Assembly: GCF_964204645.1 (NCBI RefSeq)
Contig: NC_134033.1
Span: 4,798,231 to 4,862,230, forward strand
Reading direction: 5' to 3'
Source: Tubulanus polymorphus
Taxonomy: Eukaryota > Animalia > Nemertea
DNA length: 64,000 nt
In this document: piece after piece, positions 26,510 to 38,700 of the stretch
Layout: every line of letters starts with the position of its first letter
Position numbering within the stretch: position 1 is the stretch's first letter
The notes under the pieces: model-generated
Told to the model about the DNA's origin: nothing
The model's database searches: none
Seen by the model: only the letters and a program-made list of their open reading frames with translations
Program-made: the position numbers and the translations under genes

Positions 26510-28014
26510 GTACCAGGGATACTGGATAATCTAAGCTACAGTTCACAGTTCACCTCCAAACCTCAAATACGAGCCCCTGTGATGGAGACTCAATCCTAAC
26601 TTGGAATACAATGGGAATGAACGTCATTTTAGACTTTACTATCACATATCTTACTCGGAATTAATTCTTTTCAGGTAATCGTAGTTTTCGGGACCTAAAA
26701 ATTGATTTCATTGGACGCTGAAATCAACTGGAGTTGATCACACGGCGGCTGCTGAAAATAACTATTTTACACAAATATTTTCTAATGGATGGCCCGAAGC
26801 AACAGCTAGTCTGTGCGGCGTCGAAAAATAATCTTAGTGTCTAATTCTAGTCGGATGGCGTTATGTCAGGCGATGTACGGGGTTCACAGGACACGTGACG
26901 ATTATTACCTCATATCTAACTATAGAATATATCATGTGTCAGGGGTGGGGTTATACGTAGTCGGAGAAACTTCAACTATCGCAGTTCAGTGGCTCAGCAG
27001 AATACTTATTGTCCCGTAGACTTATTGGATATTCACCTTATAGTTTCTGTAACATCAAGAGGTAATTTATCTAAACATTCTAAATATTGGAGTCATTTTG
27101 TGGAAGCGGAATTGTGTTTGAACAGAATGCGATTATTATTAGACAGGCGGATCAGCTAAAAGGAATGTCCTGCATCCTCTTTGATATCAAAACTATATTT
27201 TTAGGGTACAAAGCAGAACCATTCCAATTTGTTTGGAGGTTTACATCACAGGGACTATTTATAATGTATGCAGGGGTGGATCCAAGAATTTTTGATGGGG
27301 GGAGGGGTGGCGGTCAAGAGAGTTTGTCATTTTCTAAGCATCTGAGAGATTCTAGAACGAATTATTGAGAATAATTTGCCAAAGTAAGTGTAACTTTCTT
27401 TTGGCTGGTCATGAAAATGTTGTCTTGGCAGAAAAGGGTGGAACCTCAAAATCCGCCCCTGATCCAATGATATTCCATGACATGTTTCCCAGAAAAAATA
27501 TTCATCCGAAGTTAATATAAATTATTAAGCGAATTTTTGTGATGGATAAGTAATCAGTAGGATGTCTATTTTACATGCATATGGATTATGAATCATGTAT
27601 AGACCACACCTGGGTCGCTTCACGATTAGTCTTTGAACCCTAGCAAGGTTTGGTCTACATGATTTATTATCCATAGCATGGTAAAGAAGACACCCTTCTA
27701 ATTACTAATCCATCACACGAATTCACCTATAGATTAACTTATAAATATTAGATTAATATTTCTGAGGCACCATTTTCTGTTACATCAGTATAATATGTAA
27801 TGATAATTGGCACGTCACTGGGTTTCCCTCTGGGTAGCCGTGATCGGCGGGATATTTACTGTTGCAGATACAACTGCTATACACAGATACATAGAACAGA
27901 ACCAACGGATGTCGACAGTTTGGGTCGCTGAAATGTAATGTTGTTGTTTTTGACCTTGATCTCCACTAATGTTATGATGGCTGTTTCCACCAGTGCTGTG
28001 GTTCTTCACCACTG

Positions 28015-28401
28015 TGTTGTTGACGAATCTCTACCCGTGATTGTTGATCAGGGTTGGGTTCTCTGGGTTGGGTTCACCAAGTAGCGTTGTAGTAATGAAT
28101 CTATCGGTGATGTTGTGCGGGATCGGTCTCCAGTCCTCGTTCTTGACTTTCTTACAAGGCTCCCGTACATAACGTAACGACTTCTTAAGCCATCTATTCG
28201 TTTATTTTTCTCTTACTTGATGTATACAAGATCATTCCCCGGAACTCTCTCTAAGACCTCTTCTCTCAAGCCTCATTCTATTCTCTCTAGTCCCTTTCTA
28301 AAGCTTTCTTAAACCCTTTTATCTTATGTTTAGTAACGTGTGCAACTCTTCCACACATGGCCTGGAATTCATGGATTGTGATGTATTCATACGTCACAAC
28401 A
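28015..28401 (-). mobile_element. Gypsy-like LTR with a possible primer-binding site
   Basis: Inverted termini TGTTGTTGACG...CGTCACAACA. The minus strand has ATAAAAGGG and AATAAA, and TGG follows the 3' end by 3 nt. Confidence 0.5.
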
Positions 28402-29337
28402 TGTGAATACTATAATAGTGAATACTGTAATACTATAATCTGGATTAAATGTATTCAGTGTATACATTTTCAAGCATGAATTCTCCTTTATGTATGTGAA
28501 AGCAGTTTGTGATTTACACATCATTGAACACAAGTATTTATACTGTTGAGCCCTGTACTGTGAGTGAGAAATAAACTAGAAGTCTTCTAATACAGTCGTT
28601 TCGTCGTTCGTTCTGAGTCTAGCAGGGAAGGCGTTTACACAACATTCCTCCCATCCATGTATGGGTGATGACGTATACGCACACGTCACAATTATCTATA
28701 AATATCCCCTTGAACTCATCAGAGTCCATGGCCGCACCATATTAGGTTTACCTACGAAGACACATACGTCCATTCCAGACTTGTTTATTTATATTACTTC
28801 TATGTATATTTATGTATGACGTACGCATCAACGCAGGTTGTCTGGCAATAGCAACACTGGCCATTAACTCCAGCTTCCGTATATGTATCTAAACTACTAA
28901 ACTATCTCCACAACAGAAACTTATACAATTTTGTTATATATTCTGGGACAAATTCACATTATGTAACAAAAGTCTCAGTTTCTTTTACCGTAATGACCAG
29001 TTTCTACGTAAGGTAATCATTTCTCGTTGAACTATAGCGTATGTATTATCATTTATAATGAAACTTCAGGCAAATTTACTTGTAATTATGAAAAATAAGA
29101 CAGCGTCAATAACGTACGATATGAACAACAAATAAGTGACAAACAGCATGAAACATACAACTATACTGCCGATAAGCGTAGCCTACATTATACGTCTTCG
29201 CTTTCAAAAGATACTTGACTTTGAAACGAAACGGGATTTCAGATTGGATTTATCAAAATAAATTGTTTTGATTGGTCTCTACCGAATCTGTAAAGAATTC
29301 TCTTCTGGCACGTTTGTTTCCACCAGAATACGCTCTA

Positions 29338-29582
29338 TAAACCTGATAGAAGCGGCCGGTAGAGAGTTTGTAATCTGTAAAGCTGATAGAAGCGGCCGGT
29401 AGAGAGTTTGTAATCTGTAAACCTGATAGAAGCGGCCAGCAGAGAGTTTGTAATCTGTAAACCTGATAGAAGCGGCCGGTAGAGAGTTTGTAACCTGTAA
29501 ACCCGATAGAAGCGGCCGTGTAGCGAGTTTGTAATATGTAAACCTGATAGAAAAGGCCGGTAGAGAGTTTGTAATGTGTAAG
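29338..29582. repeat. 40-bp tandem repeat, about 6 copies
   Basis: Unit ACCTGATAGAAGCGGCCGGTAGAGAGTTTGTAATCTGTAA. Confidence 0.95.
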
Positions 29583-29779
29583 ATCTGCCTCACATGTATA
29601 ATAGAAACGAATTGTTTTACTATTTAATGATCAGCAACATGAAAAACTTGTGTCTGAATCAATATGAGTAGAGGCCAATCGTGTAAATACTGGACACACA
29701 AATTAGGTCAGGAAAAATGTTTGCACTTAATGCAATGAAGTGACTGAATTCTAAATTATGTATTTCAGTACACGGTACG

Positions 29780-32700
29780 ATGGCGGAAAGTAGACCATTT
29801 ATAAAGGTAGATAATTCTAAAATGCGTATCGGGGGTGACAAAAATACGGCGACAATAACTACAACTCTCAAAGACATCGACGGATCTGCTAAGAATCTAG
29901 GTAATTATAGAGTTTAACCATCAGAACTCGTGCTTTATTATCACTATTAGTTTTAATTTTTCATAATAAATGTAGACAATTCTGAATTGAATATCGACGG
30001 TGACAATAATACGACGACAATATCTACAGATTTCCAAGGCATCGGTACAGCTTCTGAGAATCCAGGTAATTATAGATTTCAACCAACAGGATTCATTTGT
30101 ACAGTTGTGACTTGAGTTTAGATTTATCTAAGATAATTAAGAAGCCAATAAGAAGATACGTGTCTGAAGATTCTGAAGGCAAAAATGGACCCCCTCACCT
30201 GATTGTTTTTAGGTCTTAATAGATGAAGGACCAATGGTCCAGTGGCTCTCCAAACTTTGCGAAGTAAAAATCTTTCACCATGTACGTAACGATTCATAAG
30301 GAAAAAAGAAAATTTACTCGGTTTTTGTCACCGTCAACTTCTAAAAAATGACCTTTATTAGAACAAGAATAAAATCTTCTTCGAAAGTTTGATTATTGGA
30401 ATTTGCAACAAATGTTCACAGTTTCAATGCAACCCGAGAGAGAGAGAGAATGACATAGGCCTAAAGTTGAAACAAAAATCGAATAAAAATCAACAAGTAT
30501 TATAAATAAGAAATTGAACAATTCAACTAGCTTAAATCTAGTGTACTTTAGCAACATTCAGTTAAATATTAGTTGTAATGGTAGAATCAGAGTTGCCTGA
30601 AAACACAAAATTCCCATTACTATTGTAAATGGTAGTTTGTGTGTTTTGGGCGATTTGAAGTGGTTCTAATGGTATCTGTTAAAATGATCCATCGAACGGA
30701 TGGCTTATTGAAATATTTGGGGGTCTTAGGTTTCATATATAATTGTAACACATATGACCCCCTAAACATGAGACCCAAAAGGTCTTAGGTCTTATGTTTA
30801 GTGAAATCCGGGAGGAAAATTTGCAATTGTTTTTCTTTTCGTATACCCAAGATATGCCGAAATTTTATACAATGCTGACTTTTTGTTGAATCTCATTGTC
30901 ATTTGGTTGCTGGTTTGATCATGGTTACAACGTTACAGTAACGTTAACTCGGATAATGTCCAGTCGGTACAACAGCCTGACTACTTCTGATTACAAATGG
31001 TTTAATAGAATTTCGTCGATGATTGTTTCCCAGGAACAAAGCTGCCACCAATAGGTATATTTTGGGATATTGAAAATTGTCAAGTACCAAAAGGGAAGTC
31101 GGCGTTTGACGTGGCTAACCGTATTCGAGACAAATATTGCGCTGGATCCAGCCTCGTCGAGTTTGTCTGTGTTTGTGATACCAGCAAAGAAAATCGCGAA
31201 GTTGAATATGAACTTGGTGAAGCTCAGGTAAATATCTGCATTACCTCTCAAATAAGGAAAAATCTCACTCAACTTGAATAAAGACTAAAATAACTTCCAT
31301 CCGAGTTTCTGGTAGTTTTTAGTTCACTTATTGACCGTCATCCATCCGTCCATATATGGAATGAAATTATTCTGGGAAGGTTCAAAGACTATTCAATATT
31401 TCGTCTTGATATTTGGTTTGTACATGAATCTACCCCTAGACACGTCTGTAGCCGAAACATGGACTGATCAGAATCATGATCGATAGCCATTGGTATGGTC
31501 GTCACAGAGTAGCGACCGTAAAGCCCTCATTTTGTTAGAATGATAAGTCATTTGTTAGCACGGTTTGTTTTCCATGTAAAACAAAGTTCAAATGTCCGGA
31601 TTAGAGGTTGCAATTAGCACAGATCAAATTTAGAATTTCTCAATTTTAGACAATTAGACAATTTCTTAAACATCATCCATATAAAGTCTTGTGGGACATT
31701 GAAATTCATCGCAGAGCTTTAATTTCTTATCTCTAATACAAGATAGCACACAAAGCTCATTTAGTCTCATCTGACTTGCATTGTTCTCTTTCCGTGGCTC
31801 CAAGTCGGTGCATATATTTCTTTCGCCCATTTAGCGGTCTGCTGGGTGTTTTTGGGCACCAGTAATTGTAAAAGTGGGGTTTCAGATCAGAGGTCGAGAG
31901 GTCGAGACACCACTCATCACCACAAGTAATTTTTTTTCCTTATAAATGGGGGAGAATGAACACCAACCAGAAAATAATAATGTTAATGAAAATCAATATC
32001 ATTGTCCATATTGTAAAAAATACATCGATAAATCCCAAAAATCACGACATGAAAAATCTGCAAATCATATAAAAAATGTAATAGATTTTGAAACTCCAGA
32101 AAATTCCAATGAAAGAAAAGAACGATTAGAAAATACGAATGTGGATGAAATAAAATGTGAAGTTTGTAATGAATTTATAATAAAAAGGAATTATAATAGA
32201 CATCTCGAATCACAAAAACATTATTGAAATTTAAATAAAAATGTTTTAGGATCAGAATATTTTGATAATAAACCTCAACAAGTAAAAAAAAATCAACTTC
32301 AAAAACTAAATCCATTTCAAATAAACCTTACATGGAAAATGTTAGAAATTATATTGATTCACTAGAAATAAAAGATACAATTGAAATTTTAGAAACATTA
32401 CATAGTAAAATTGGTCCTGCAGCTATTCTATTTAGATTTTTTAAAGGTACAACAATAGAAGATTATAGTAAATTTAATGAAATAATAGAAAAAATACTAG
32501 ATTTGATAACAGATGTTGAATATCCAAAAATTAGTATCTCTGGGAAAGTAAGTTTTATAATGTCAGAAGAAAATATGAATTATAATATTCAAACACTCTC
32601 TGAAGAAATAATTTCAAAAACACAAATAAAAGAGAAGTTAGAAAAAATATTAAATGAATTTAAACGTCATATTGAAGAAAGATATTTTGAGGGTTCTGGC

Positions 32701-35700
32701 TTAACGTTGAATGAAATAATATATTTAGATTTAAATGTTTATAATACAAAAAGAAATAAAACATCAAAAAGTAATAAAATGTTTAAAAATGATTCAAACT
32801 TTACAACAGAAAAGGATATTAAAGCATCATCTTATATTAAATTACCATTTATAACAAAAGCAGTAATAAATATTCAAAATGAAGATAATAAATGTTTTCT
32901 ATGGTCAGTTATTAGTTGCTTACATCCATCACAGGAAAATGTTTGTAGAATAACAGATTATCGGAAATATGAAACATTATATAAAATTGATCAATATCCA
33001 GTAACTATAAAAATGATTCCTAAAATAGAAAAAGTTAATAATTTAAAAATAAATGTATTCGAATTAATGCAATTACCAAAGACAAAAGGTGAAAATATTA
33101 AAGATTATACATTGGAAGCTTTATATTTAACAGAATATTATGATGATGAAAATGCTATAGATTTGTTATATTATAAAAAAGATGAAAATGAACATTATAT
33201 GTGGTTAAAACAAATTGATTTATTCTTTAGAACAACAGAAAGTGATCACCATAATAAAATGTATCTATGTAGAAAATGTTTATCTAAATTTATAACTGAG
33301 AATGCGTTACTAAAACATAAAGAATTATGTGATAATAAAGATTTTTGTAAATTAATAATGCCAACAGAACAAGATTATAAATTGAAATTTACTAATCATA
33401 AATTTAAGAATATTGTTCCTTTTGTAATTTATGGGGATTTTGAATCATTGAATAAAGAATTAACTAATCAAGATAGAAAAGAAATATATAACAAAAAGCA
33501 ATTATTAAAATCAATGGATAAAGGAAATGAATTAAATGAAGACACAATGCTGCTTATGGAATTTATATAAAATCAAATTATCCTGAATTATATGAAAGTC
33601 AATATATTTCTTTTAGAGGTGAAAATATAGTTAATGATTTTGGTGATAAAATGATTGAATTAGAAAGTGATTTTGCAAAATTATTAAACAAAAATAAAAG
33701 AATAGTTATGACAAAAGAAGATGAAATTGATTTTAATTATGCAACTCATTGTTGTTATTGTGAAAAACGTTTTTATTCATTTGATAAAAGAGTTTGAGAT
33801 CATGATCATTTGAATTCAAAATATCGTGGAGCTGCTCATGAAGATTGCAATTTACAAGCTAAAAAAGTAAATTTTGTACCAATATTATTTCATAATTTAT
33901 CAGGATATGATACCCATCTATTTATAAAACAATTATTGGGAAAATTGGGCGCAATTATCAAGAAATAGAAGAATATAATGCTATGAATGAAGCAAATGTA
34001 AGAAAATATGATTTTAAACTATTAGCTAAAACATCTGAAAATTATATTTCATTTCAATTTGGTTGCATTAGATTTTTAGATTCTTATAGATTTCTAGCAA
34101 GTTCATTAGATAATTTATCAAAAAATTTAGTTGATAATGATTTTGATCTCGATATTATTATCCAAATGAACAAGATTTTAAATTATTGAGATATAAAGGC
34201 GCAATTCCTTATTCATTTTATAAAACACACAATGATTTTAATGTAACAGAATTATTAAAAGATCAATTTTATGATCAATTAAAAGAGGATTATGTGAAAG
34301 ACGAAGTTTTTAATAGAACATTAAATATTTGGAACCATTTTAAGATGAAAAATCATGTTGAATTAGTTGATTTATATTTAAAATCAGATGTTATGATATT
34401 GGCTGACATATTTGAAAAATTTAGAGAAGTTAATTTGAATCATTTTAATGTTGATCCTTGTTATTGCTACTCTAGTCCTGGTTTAACCTGGCAATGTGGT
34501 TTAAAATATACAAATGTAGAATTAGATTTATTAAAAGAACCAGATATGGTTTTATTATTTGAAAAATCAATTAGGTGGAATTAGTGGTGTTATGGGAGAT
34601 AGATATTTTAAAGCAAATGATGAATATAAATCATTATATATTGACGCCAATAATTTATATGGTTGGGCAATGATGCAACCTCAACCATATAAAAATTTTA
34701 TATTAACAGAAGTTGAAAATGGTGATAAAACTGATTGGGAAAGCGCAATTGCGAGTTTAAAAGATGAAGCACCAATTGGTTATTTCTTTGTAGTTGATTT
34801 AGAATATCCTGAAAATATAAAGTTTAAACAAGAAACTTACCTTATTGCCCAGAACATTTAACTGTAGATGATAGTTATTTAAGTGAATACCAGAAGAAAA
34901 TAAAACCGAAAGATCATGTTTTTACAGAAAAATTAATACTTACTCAAAATAATAAATACAATTATATTGTTCATCATAGAATGTTAAAATTTTATCTAAA
35001 ACAAGGAATGAAATTAAAGAAAGTACATAGATATATTGAATTTAATCAATCGAAGTGGTTAGAAAAATATATAGATTTCAATACTCAACAGAGAACCATA
35101 TCAAAACAGATTTTGAAAAAGATTTCTTCAAATTGATGAATAATAGTTTTTATGGTAAAACATGTGAAAATATTAGAAATAGAAATGATATTGAATTAGT
35201 AAATAATTCTGAAAGATTAAGACATTTACAATTAAGTCCTAGACATTTAGGAAATAAAAGATTTGAAGATTATTTAACAGCAGTTAAATTAAAAAGAACA
35301 TCAATGAAATTTAATAAACCTATATTTATTGGTTCGACTGTTTTAGAAGTATCAAAATTATTAATGTATGATTTTTATTATAATGTTTTACAACCACTTT
35401 TTGGGGAAAAGCATATTGAAATATTATATTTTGATTCTGTAACAGCTGACACCCCAATATTATTAAAATGTAATAATAAAATATTGATAAGAAGAATTTC
35501 AGAAATAATTCCAAAACAAAATGAATGTTATATTTCATATGGAGAAAAAGAATTAATACAAATAAATGGTTTAATGGATGTTTGGACAAGAAATGGATGG
35601 AAAAAATTAAAGAATATTATTAGGCATAAAACAAATAAGAAAATCTATAGAGTTAGAACTAAATTAGGATTTGTAGATGTTACAGAAGATCATAGTTTAA

Positions 35701-38700
35701 TTAAACGAAATGGTGATGAAATAAAACCAACTGATATAAAAATTGGAGATGAATTATTACATAAAAGATTTTTCCAAAGAATGAATCATATGTTATTTGA
35801 TGAAATTATTGATGATATTTATAATATAGAACCCGAAACATTAGAAGAAAAGAATATTTTATCAAAGGATTTTTCATGGGAGATGGTTCAGCAGGTGTGT
35901 ATAATTATGTTAATCGCACTCAATATCGTTGGTATTTATGCAATCAAGATTTGAAATTATTAGAAAGAATAAGGAAATTCTGCGAAGAAGTTTATTCATA
36001 TAAAACATTGAGAATCATGGATCATATGAAATCATCCGCGGTTTATAGAATATTTGTAAATAATCCTAAAGATTTTGCTACAAAATATAATGATGAATTC
36101 TATATTCATGCAATAGTGAAAAGTAATACTTCAACAAAAGAAAAGATAGTTCCAGATTATGTATTGAATGCAAAAAATAATTTAAGAAAGTGGTTCTTCA
36201 TTGGATTCTATGCCGCAGATGGTTTAAAAAGTTTCCAAAACCGCAAAACATATCCTTTGCTCAAAAAGGAAAAGTTGCTATATCAGGATTGAATATATTA
36301 TGCAGTTCATTAGGATTTAATATGAATATAGAATTAATTAAATCTAAACCAAATTGTTTTAATTTAAGGCATGTAGAAAAAGAATTAACAGAAGAAGTTA
36401 AAGATTTATTTGAAATATATAACCCAACTGACTATGTTTATGATTTATCAACAGATGATGGAACATTCAATTCTGGGTTCCCATTAATCCAAAAAAAATA
36501 CCGACAGTTACATACTAAAAATCAAGACAAATGACATAACAAAAGACTTAAAAACATTAAAACATCATTTTGATTTTAGCAATTATCCCAAAGATCATGA
36601 ACTATTTAGCAATGATAATAAAAAGATCCCTGGTAAGTTTAAAGATGAATTAGGGGGTGATGAAATGATTGAATTTGTTGGGATAAGAAGTAAAATGTAT
36701 AGTTACAGAACAAAAGATCATGAAGCTAAAAAGTTAAAAGGAATAACAAAACATGTGGTTGATAAACATATAGAATTTCAAGATTATATAAAGTGTTTAT
36801 ATAAATCAATTGTAATGAAACACAAAATGTTTAAGATCAGAAGATCATGAGATGTACATTAATGAAGTTGAAAAAACTAGTTTAAATCCATTTGATGATA
36901 AAAGGCATAGATTATGGTATAAAAACATTACCTTATGGTCATTAAAACATAAAATCAATATCATCATAATCGAAATCACTATTGGTTTCTTCATTTTCAT
37001 TTAATTGTTTAGGTTCTTCTTCCATTCCATTTTTTTCATTTAAATAAAGTTCTATCTTGTTCCACATTTCATCTCGCTCTCTTTGTTTCTTTTTGTTTGT
37101 TAATTCGTCAAATGGAATTATAATATCTAGGTTTAAATGATTTACAATCTTATTTAAAAAGAATTCATAATTTATTGAATCTGTTATTCTATTTTCCAAA
37201 TGATACATTAATATTTGTTTGAATATTTTTTTTTATATTTTCCGTATCTTCTTCTGTTAATTTAGGTTTTTCATAATAATCGTTAAATAATAAATATAAA
37301 TACATTTTCTTTTGTTTTGTGTTAAATGTTGACGGAATAATTGTATTTATAATATCTTTTTTAGTTATTTCACCATTTTTATTTTCTATTATTTTCATTT
37401 TTTCAAGCCATTGCATATATTCTGGTGTATGATCTTCTATAGAAAATATTTTAGAAATTTCATCTAGATAATTTAATTTTGGTTCTATGAGAAAATCTCT
37501 AGTTTTTTCTTCACCCCATAAATTCCTTTGCCATCCACAATCAACACAAAATAACACAGTACCTTCTTGTCTTAAGGTCGCATAAATACATTGCGGGCAT
37601 TTTTGTTTATAATTTATTGGTAATAGATCTTCATTAAGCTCTTGGTATTTTCTTACGTTTTCTTTATGTTTTATTGTTCTATTATGTAGATTTGAATTAC
37701 TTGTTGTAATAATCAATTTACAATATTTACAATAATATGTTTTTCTTGTTAATTCATTATATTGTTTTTCTAACTTTTCAACTGTTTCTTTATTATCTGG
37801 TAACGTTTTCTCATATTCTATTTTTTCTAATAAATTATCTTTTCTTTCATTGAATTCAGTTTCAAATTTATTAGAAATTTTATCTTTATGTACTTTACGA
37901 AATTGATGATTCTCCCAATCTTCTATATTTTATTCGACAAGGCTCGCAGATATGATCTTTTATATTATCCTTGTCATAGAATAAGAAAGGTCTTTTCCAA
38001 ATAATTTCAGGTTCAACTTCAACAGAATTACTATTACTTTCGTTACTATCAACATTAGACGTTGCGCCATTAATTCTACACTTCTCTGAATGTTTTTTAA
38101 CATAATTTCTTGAGAATAATTTATTACATTTTGGGCAGTTTATTTTAGGGGGTTTATAATTTTCATCATGTTTTTTCATATGTCGAGCCATATTACTTTT
38201 TCTTAGAAGTTCACCACAAATTTCGCATGCTATCTTCTCATCCATTTATTTAGGAAAAATTTTATTAAAATTAATTTTTAGTGATGAGCGGTAATTTTTT
38301 TATGTTATAAATAATGGTAGAATTAAAAGAATACAGAATATTTGTTGATTCTAGAAGACTTACAAATTATAAATCTCATAATTTACTAGTTCAATTAGAT
38401 AGAGAATTTAAGAATTGTGTTGATTTAAAATTAGTAAATATAAGTTTATGTAACTCATTTTACAATATATCAGATAAAACTGATGAACATAGAAGCCTTC
38501 TTATTTTTGATAAACTTGAAAAAAAATGGATTCAACTTATGCTTACACCAGGATTATATAATTTAGAAACATTAGCGCAAGAAATTAATAGAAAAGCTCG
38601 GATTAGATTAGGTAATGGTAATTCCAAATTTAATATTAAATTCATAAAAAGTGAGAGCTCTAATAAAATTAAAATAAAGTTTGATGATGAACTTATTAAA

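Larger units (their letters stand above)
31946..36945 (+). pseudogene. polB: Protein-primed family B DNA polymerase (ZnF, terminal-protein region, vOTU-like, exonuclease with HNH insertion, polymerase with intein), fragmented
   Basis: ExoI VIYGDFES, ExoII FHNLSGYD, ExoIII YLKSDV; motif A YIDANNLYGWAM, motif B KLMNNSFYGKT, motif C YFD|TDS; GKFKDE, EFVGIRSKMYS and the C-terminal DDKR...TLPYGH*. Many frameshifts and stops. Confidence 0.95.

Noticed and set aside
31946-36945. Programmed frameshifting or an alternative genetic code to explain the fragmented polB
   Set aside because: Lesions are numerous and of mixed type (indels, nonsense changes, deletions, rearrangements) across many genes, which fits decay. 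Some homopolymer indels could still be sequencing errors.
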